From Malacoraja senta (Eukaryota): a DNA stretch of 64,000 nt. The DNA is taken from the NCBI GenBank assembly GCA_038087875.1, contig CM075988.1, positions 7,318,001-7,382,000 on the forward strand, given 5' to 3'. The position numbers were made by a program, and so were the translations under genes. This document shows positions 57,478 to 64,000 of the stretch, piece after piece; within the stretch, counting starts at the first letter, position 1, and each line of letters begins with the position of its first letter. Under the pieces are notes generated by a model. That model had not been told where the DNA came from and did no database searches. It saw only the letters and a list, made by a program, of their open reading frames with translations.

Positions 57478-57850
57478 GTAGTAAAGTAAAGTAAATTTAT
57501 TTATATAGCACTTTTCAATCGATTTCAATCAAAGCCAAAGTGCTTTACAGTGAAAACTATCCATACAAATAATAAAAAGAGGTAGAAAAAATGACACAAC
57601 ACACTATAAGAGATTCAACACGAACATCCCCCCCACAGTAGAATCTACACTCTCCACTGTGAGGGAAGGCACCAAAATGTCCAGTCCTCCTCCTCCTCCT
57701 AGTCCACCCGAGGTCGGGGCCAGTCTAAGGCCACTGCAGCCAGTCGCCGCAACGGCAGCCCGATGTTGTATGCCCACCTGCATCGGGTGGAAAAGTCCTC
57801 AGCAGCTTGGAAATGTCTGGAGCGGCCGCTCCTTCCCCGGAGAACTGCGA
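57478..57850 (-). mobile_element. GC-rich retroposon-like fragment with L2-like tail
   Basis: Minus strand: hairpin 57627-57666, 3' 'tgtaaagcactttg...aaagtgctatataaataaa' plus (tttac)n. Confidence 0.6.
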
Positions 57851-58751
57851 CGCCCGTATATTTTAACAGCCATGCCTATTAATGGATCCCCACTGTTGAA
57901 CAACTAATAGATTTATGTAGCAGTACAATGTATTTCTTAAAGATGTACATTCAAAGATGGAGCAGTAAATTCATTTGCTTCCAGTGTCTTACTTCCCACA
58001 AAGGTGTACCTACATCTTTGATCAAACATTTGGTCCTCTACGTTATTGCCAATTTTACAGCACTTCATCTGCTAATATTCTTGTGCAGCACCCTTGGGAT
58101 ATTCTTGTTTTTAAATACATCAAATGTTGCAACAACAAAAAATCCCAATGCATTGCAATGTGAGCTGGAGGGTCCATGGCCAGGGCTGTATGTGATAAAT
58201 GGTCCTGCAATATTCCAGGTTTCTTTGACAAACTTTCCACATCTCAATTCTGTAGCCATGAGAACAGCAAATGCAACAAATGCACCAGGAACACAATTAT
58301 TCTTTTTTTCAAAATCTGAATTCCCCCCCCCCCCTAATATTGCTGAATCTGCAATATTCTTCATGTGCTCTGTAAACTTCACAAAAGAGGCCCTGTAATC
58401 TTCTCAAGGCAAAACGAGGATTGGCAATCAATTCTCGCCTTGCTGTCAATACTCTTGTCCACAGATTAAAACTTAATTGAATTGTGCTGCAGTGTGTTGA
58501 TGCTGCAACTTGTCAAGCCATTAGGTTCAGCAAATGGCTGATTCATACTGAATCTGCAAGCTCATGTACCTATTTTCTCTCCCTTTCTCACAGGGCAGTA
58601 GTTGTCTCTGGACTAACCCATGCCAAGTCCTATAGCCACTTCCTTTGCATGAAGTTCTTGCAAGATGTAAAGAGGCTAAATAATTTGTTAATTATTCCTT
58701 TCCTTCTTTAATATTTCCAACATTCCCCGAAGTTTTTATCTTATTTTAAGA

Positions 58752-59012
58752 GAGTCACAATCACAATAATACTTTATTAGCCAAGTATGTTTTGAAACAT
58801 ACGAGGAATTTCATTTGCCAAGTCAGTCATACAAATAAAAAGCAACGGAACACACAAAGCAGATTATAACATAAACATCCATCACAGTGACTCCTCCACA
58901 TTCCTCACTATGATGGAAGGCGAAAAAAAGTTCAATCTCTTCCCTTTGCTCTCCCGCGGTCGGGGGCCTCGAGCCCTCCGTTGACCGGACGATCTTTGCT
59001 CCCGTAGCTGAA
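58752..59012 (-). mobile_element. GC-rich retroposon-like fragment
   Basis: Minus strand: hairpin 58878-58917, 3' 'aaattcctcgtatg...catacttggctaataaa' plus (gtgatt)n. Confidence 0.6.
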
Positions 59013-59169
59013 ATGGGCCTCCCTATGTTTAAATAAGGTTGCCTGATTCTTGATCGTTGGTTTCTTAAACCAAACTCTCTTTATAAAGGGCAAATGAAAA
59101 TGAAATAAAACCAGATGCTGCAAATCTGAAGTAAAACTGAAAAGGCTCTGCAGGTTTTTTTTAATTTTT

Positions 59170-59442
59170 TGGCCCATCGGGTCTGCGCCGACCAGCGTTC
59201 CCTGCATATTAACACTATCCTACATACATTAGGGACAATTTTTACATTTTTGCCAAGCCAATGACATACCTGTATGTCTTTGGAGTGTGGGAGGAAGCAG
59301 AAGATCTCTGGGAAAACCCACGCGGTCACAGGGAGAACGTATAAACTTTGTACACACAGCACCCGTAGTCGGGATCGAACCCGGGTCTCCGGTGCTGCAA
59401 GAACTGTAAGGCAGCAACTCTACCGATGCACCACTGTACCAC
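59170..59442 (-). mobile_element. HE1/V-SINE-like SINE
   Basis: Reverse-complement B box GGGATCGAACCC and core. Confidence 0.9.
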
Positions 59443-59829
59443 ATCCTATCTGTGGAAAGAAGAACAAAATTGGTGTTTTAGATGAACGCCCTTCATCCGA
59501 ACTGTTATAACTTTATAAAGGGGATTGATTGAGATTTGTGACTTGAATGGTTGGATTACAATGACATGATCTTTGACCCGCAAATAACCATGCAAGTGAT
59601 TCATATAGTGGGTCCCAATCCACAGAATGGGCACTCTCAATCCTGTTCTTCTCCCACTGCTGTTGTCTTTGGCACAGTAGCCTAGTGGTGGAGTTGCTTC
59701 CTTACAGGTGCCTTATTCTAAGTGAAATCCTGCTGTATCCTGGTCAACTGTTTTGTCTTTAACTGCACTTGAGAATATCCTGGGACTGTAAAAGCACATT
59801 AAACAAGTATTATAAAAACAATTTTTAAT

Positions 59830-60095
59830 GGGCTGCACAGTCGTAGGGCTGCTGCCTTACAGCGGCAGAGACCTGAGATCGATCCTGACTATGGGCGTGT
59901 CTGCATGGAGTTTGTACGTTCTCCCTCTGATCGCATGGGTTTCTATAGGTGCTGCGGTTTTCTCCCACACTTCAAAGGCGTTCAGGTTTGCAGGTTAATT
60001 GGCCTCTGTAAATTGTCTCTAGTGTGTCAGATAGTTCTATAGCAGTTTGACGCAGACTTGGTGGCCTGAAGGGCCTGTTTCCATGCTGAGTTTGA
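59830..60095 (+). mobile_element. HE1/V-SINE-like SINE
   Basis: Head, core and 'gaagggcctgtttcc' 3' end. Confidence 0.85.
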
Positions 60096-60314
60096 AAACT
60101 TTAAGAAACAATGTATACAAAAAGATGGACAAAAATGATCGTGTATCAATGCTGCCTTATTTCAAAGATAGTGCAGTCCATGAACTATTAGTCCATGAAG
60201 TGCATGCGGTCCATGGACATTAGAGCCAGGAATCATTCAATAAAGTTGCCGTGCAGTTTATCGTCATACTCAATATAATTACGAGATAAAATGTCAACCC
60301 CATGTTTATTGGCA

Positions 60315-60556
60315 GACAAAGGAACTGCAGGTGCTGGTTTATACCAAAGATTGACACAAATGCTGGAGTACCTCAGTGGGTCAGGCAGCATCTCTGGAGA
60401 AAAGACAAAAGAGGATAGAGAAAATGGCATTGATTTGTCCCATTTTTTTGGACTTAGTTCTTTTTGGCCACAACCCTACTACAATCAGTCTGAAGGAAGG
60501 TCCTGATCCGAAATATCATCTCTTCTTGTCCTCCACAGATGCCGCCTGACCTGTTG
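60315..60556. mobile_element. Inverted pair of Penelope-like terminal repeats
   Basis: Minus copy 60315-60403; + copy 60484-60556 (cagtctgaaggaagg...ccgaaatatcatc). Confidence 0.7.
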
Positions 60557-61539
60557 AACTATGAGTTATGTTCAACTCATGATTCCTGCATCTTTGGTGG
60601 CTCTTTTTAAATTATAAAATCAATCTAATCTTGTTGGGGGAGGGGTGGGGGGTGCAACTTCATGCTTTGTGTACTGTTGGTGCATTAACTTTCTTGCAAC
60701 CAGCAAACAATTGTGATATTCTAAAATGTTCAAGACCAAGGACAAAAATATTGACTCCCCATCACCTCCTGTACGTATGTTCGCACAAGGATTGGGCATA
60801 TGCACAGAACAAGGAAGGAAACAAACTGCAAAAGTTTAAAAATATATATATATTTTGGAGATGTTAAATATAATCTGTACTCGAGTAGTCTGTGAAGTAG
60901 TTACTCATTACAAGGAGTGCGTGTGATCTGGTAATCGGCAGTGGTTGTTGTAGAATTCTGCATCAGTACAGCTGGCACAGCGGGAACGTTTTTGGGATCT
61001 GTGGACTTGCATGTGAGCTAAAAGTCTCTGTTTCTTATCAGCCTCCGTCGTACAGAAACTGTTCCCTGGACCATCATTCCCTGTAGAATGTGATTTTGGC
61101 TTTTCAAATTGCCCCCTGGGGAAAAGGCATTTCGTAGTGAAATGGCCTTGGACATCTGACGTCCACAGCAGTGCATCAAATGGGCATCTGTGGGAAGTGT
61201 GAAATTGCAGGAAACAGCAAAGCCTGTGGATTTATAAAAGTACCATTTTAGGAAGCAGTGAATATGCGCAGGTAGCTATTTGTAGTACAATTGTTTAATT
61301 CTGTTCATGTACTAGGTTGTAGGAGCAGAGCTTGTGTGCTTTTCCTGTATCACCATCTTAAAGAACAAAAAAGGTATCCTTAGTATATGCTCAGTGTTCA
61401 GTTTCTGCCCTTTCCCCATGTTGAAGATCTTCAGTGAAGCCAGTCCCTTTAAAACAAAAAAGCCAGTTTATAATTTTGAACAAATTGCATTAAATCAATA
61501 AACTGTTGTAGCTGTAGGGGCTATGTTATGATTTGCATT

Positions 61540-61840
61540 GAAAGATACAGCCTGGAAACAGGCCCTTTGACCCACTGATCACCCGTTCACACTAGTTCTA
61601 TGTTATTCCACTTTCGTATCCACTCCCTACACACAAGGATCCATTTGCCAATGCAAATTAACCTACAAGCCCACAGGTCTTTGGGATGTGGGAAAATAAA
61701 ACTGAGCACCTGGAGGAAACGCACACGGTCACGGGGAGAATGTGCAAACTCCACACAGACCGCATGAGAAGTCAGGATCGAACCCAAGTCCCTGGCGCTG
61801 TGAGGCAGCAGCTCTACCATCTGCGCCACCGTGCCACCCA
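61540..61840 (-). mobile_element. HE1/V-SINE-like SINE, full length
   Basis: Ends 'ctgcgccaccgtgccaccc' (reverse-complement head); B box and core present. Confidence 0.9.
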
Positions 61841-62324
61841 TATGAATGTGCAGCATTTAAAAAGGAGAAAAAATGCCTGCGCAGTCTTGTATGCAGCCAC
61901 ATGCAATGATGCGCAAAGCTGGTGTTATCAGGAAGGTCAAAAATTGGTCAACAGTTATTTAAGGTAATGACAAAACGAAGAGGAGAGCTGTGATTGATTT
62001 TGCTCGAGGAGTGGAAATGCTTTGGAATGGGTAATCCATAAGGCTGGTGGAAGCAGGTTTAATAGCAGCTTTCAAGGAGAGGTGGAACAGGTAATTTAAC
62101 AGGAATTAGTTATTGGGCGATGGGGAATATAGAGAAGTTTATTAAATAGAATATTTAAGAAAGTTTGCAGGCATAATGGGCCAGTGGACAGTCTGCAGAG
62201 CTGTATGAATAAGTCTCTCAAGTGTTGGTCAGAAACAGGTGGTAATAGGCTTGACTCCTCGCACTCGAGTCATACAGTCAGAATCTCTTGCCCTCAAGTA
62301 CAATTGGTGATTATTGAATGCAAA

Positions 62325-62790
62325 TAAGGAAAACCCGCAGATGCTGAAGTTCTGAAATAAAAATACAAGATGCTGAAAACACTCAGCAGGTCAGGCAGCA
62401 TCTGTGGAGGGAGAAACAGGCATACACCTATCTTAACTATATTACCTGCATGTTAGCTGTCCCTTCCATTTACTGTTCCTCTGCCTCTATAATTGCTCCG
62501 ATTATGAGATTCCCCCACAGGAACCTCCAAGATGGTTTCCTTCTTCCAGAACCATGGCTTTCTCTCTATCATAGTTCACAGAGCTCCTGACAGTATTTTG
62601 TGTATCTTCATAGGCTCCCCATGCCAGAGTAAAGACTGTTCTCCAGGACTTCTCCTTCCATCCCGCCAGCCCCCATGTTCAACGGGTCATTTTTGTTATT
62701 GCCAGGAATTTCAATAAGATTCCACAACTAAACCCTCCACTCCCTCCTCAGCATTTCAAAAGGGCCATTTCAATGTCCTGGTTGGCATTC
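62325..62790. mobile_element. Old Penelope-like remnants (terminal repeat on -, degraded ORF piece on +)
   Basis: 62325-62420 matches the repeat; 62530-62790 loosely resembles the linker region seen at 23600-23780. Confidence 0.45.
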
Positions 62791-62924
62791 TTCCTTCAAG
62801 CAGCGCCATCGGACATAAACTGTTTGTTTTGTAGAGATTTGTTCAGCATCGTGTGGGTTTGGAATTTTTTAAATCACCAGTTCTGCATGTGAAAATAATA
62901 ATGTGCCATTGAATTGGAGCAAGA

Positions 62925-63332
62925 GAGAGTCATAGAGTCATACAGCATGGATACAGGCCCAACGGCCCAACTTGCCCACACCGACCAATATGTCCCATCT
63001 ACACTAGTCCCACCTGCCTGCGTTTGTCCCAGATCCCTCTAACCCTATCCTGTCCACGTACCTGCCTAAATGACTGGCATTAAGGTGAGAGGGGAAAGAT
63101 TTAATAAGAACCTGAGGGGAAACTTTTTTTATTCAGAGGGTGGTGGTTATATGAAATGAGCTGCCAGAGGATTTAGTTGAGGCAGATACTATAACAATAT
63201 TTAAAAGACACTTGAATGGATATGAAAGGTTTGTAGGAATATGGGCCAAACGTGGGAAAATGGATCTAGCTTAGTTCCATTGGTCGGCAGGGACGAGTTG
63301 GGCCGTAAGGCCTGTTTCTGTACTCTATGACT
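62925..63332. mobile_element. Two CR1/HER1 3' ends in inverted orientation (-, 62925-63072; +, 63078-63332)
   Basis: (catagagt)n tail on the left, 'ctctatgact' tail on the right; the arms are mutually complementary. Confidence 0.75.
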
Positions 63333-64000
63333 AAGACGGAACCTAGGTTACTCGAGCAGCCACACTACCTGCTGCATCAGTTTGTGACAGGGGTTGGAAG
63401 GTAGCACTGTTTGGAAATTGTGGTCCTCTTTCAAAATGTATTTTCAAGGAATATATCTGTTGCTTGCACGGTAGCCGTTTATTCAGTATCACTTATTGCC
63501 TTATTGCCCTTGAGAAGATCATGTTGAAATGCTACAGTCATTGTTGTGAAACAACCACGTCGCTTTTGGTTAAGTAGTTTTATATCAAAGGAGGATTCTT
63601 ATCAGAGGTTAAATTTGGTAAGAAGAAGTCTCTCTTCATTGCATTATTTTCCCCTTTGAGGGTCGTTGAATCAGCTCAATTGAAACCGCCTTGGAAAATG
63701 TTCAAGAAGAGACCTTGAAAGATGACGGGATTTTTGTTTTGGGCAGATTCCATGTCTGTGTCCTCACAACGACTAACTGCTGTGACCAATTACACTAGTT
63801 TGATTCCATTAAGATACATGCATATCTCACAGCCACATCAGTGAAGCATAATTAGACAAAACTTGTGCTGAAGAAATGATTAAAGTCTTGAATAGATTTT
63901 AAAGGAAGAGGAAAATTCCTGTATGCAAAACTCACTTAGTTGTGAAGGGCGAGCTGAAAGTTGTGATGTATGAAATAGAGTTGAAACAAAGTTTATACAG

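Noticed and set aside
57928..58398. 156-aa ORF and antisense 105-aa ORF
   Set aside because: No recognisable motifs or convincing splice sites; consistent with chance ORFs.

Overview
AT-rich, repeat-dense vertebrate genomic DNA. The repeat families (HE1/V-SINE-type tRNA SINEs, CR1/HER1 LINEs, Deu-domain SINEs, Penelope-like elements) point to a cartilaginous fish, probably a skate or ray; this is inference. One clear host feature is present: a CpG-island Pol II promoter at ~10.14-10.6 kb with four CCAAT boxes, GC boxes and a full CRE. It is followed by a short + strand first exon ending at AAG|GTAAG (10515/10516). I recognise no host coding exon after it, so most of the remaining ~53 kb looks like one large first intron of an unidentified gene. 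All recognisable protein-coding sequence is transposon-derived: a near-intact CR1 ORF2 nested in the left terminal repeat of a dead Tc1/mariner element, and Penelope GIY-YIG fragments. There are also non-autonomous Helitrons and a hAT MITE. The most notable structures are (1) more than 20 Penelope terminal-repeat copies carrying a minimal hammerhead-ribozyme core, about ten of them arranged as self-complementary palindromes; (2) four GC-rich, non-tRNA retroposon-like elements sharing one conserved hairpin but ending in different LINE-type tails; (3) an isolated 38-bp-stem hairpin in unique DNA; and (4) a candidate recursive splice site. Family names come from motif recognition only, no database was searched, and the boundaries of old repeats are approximate.
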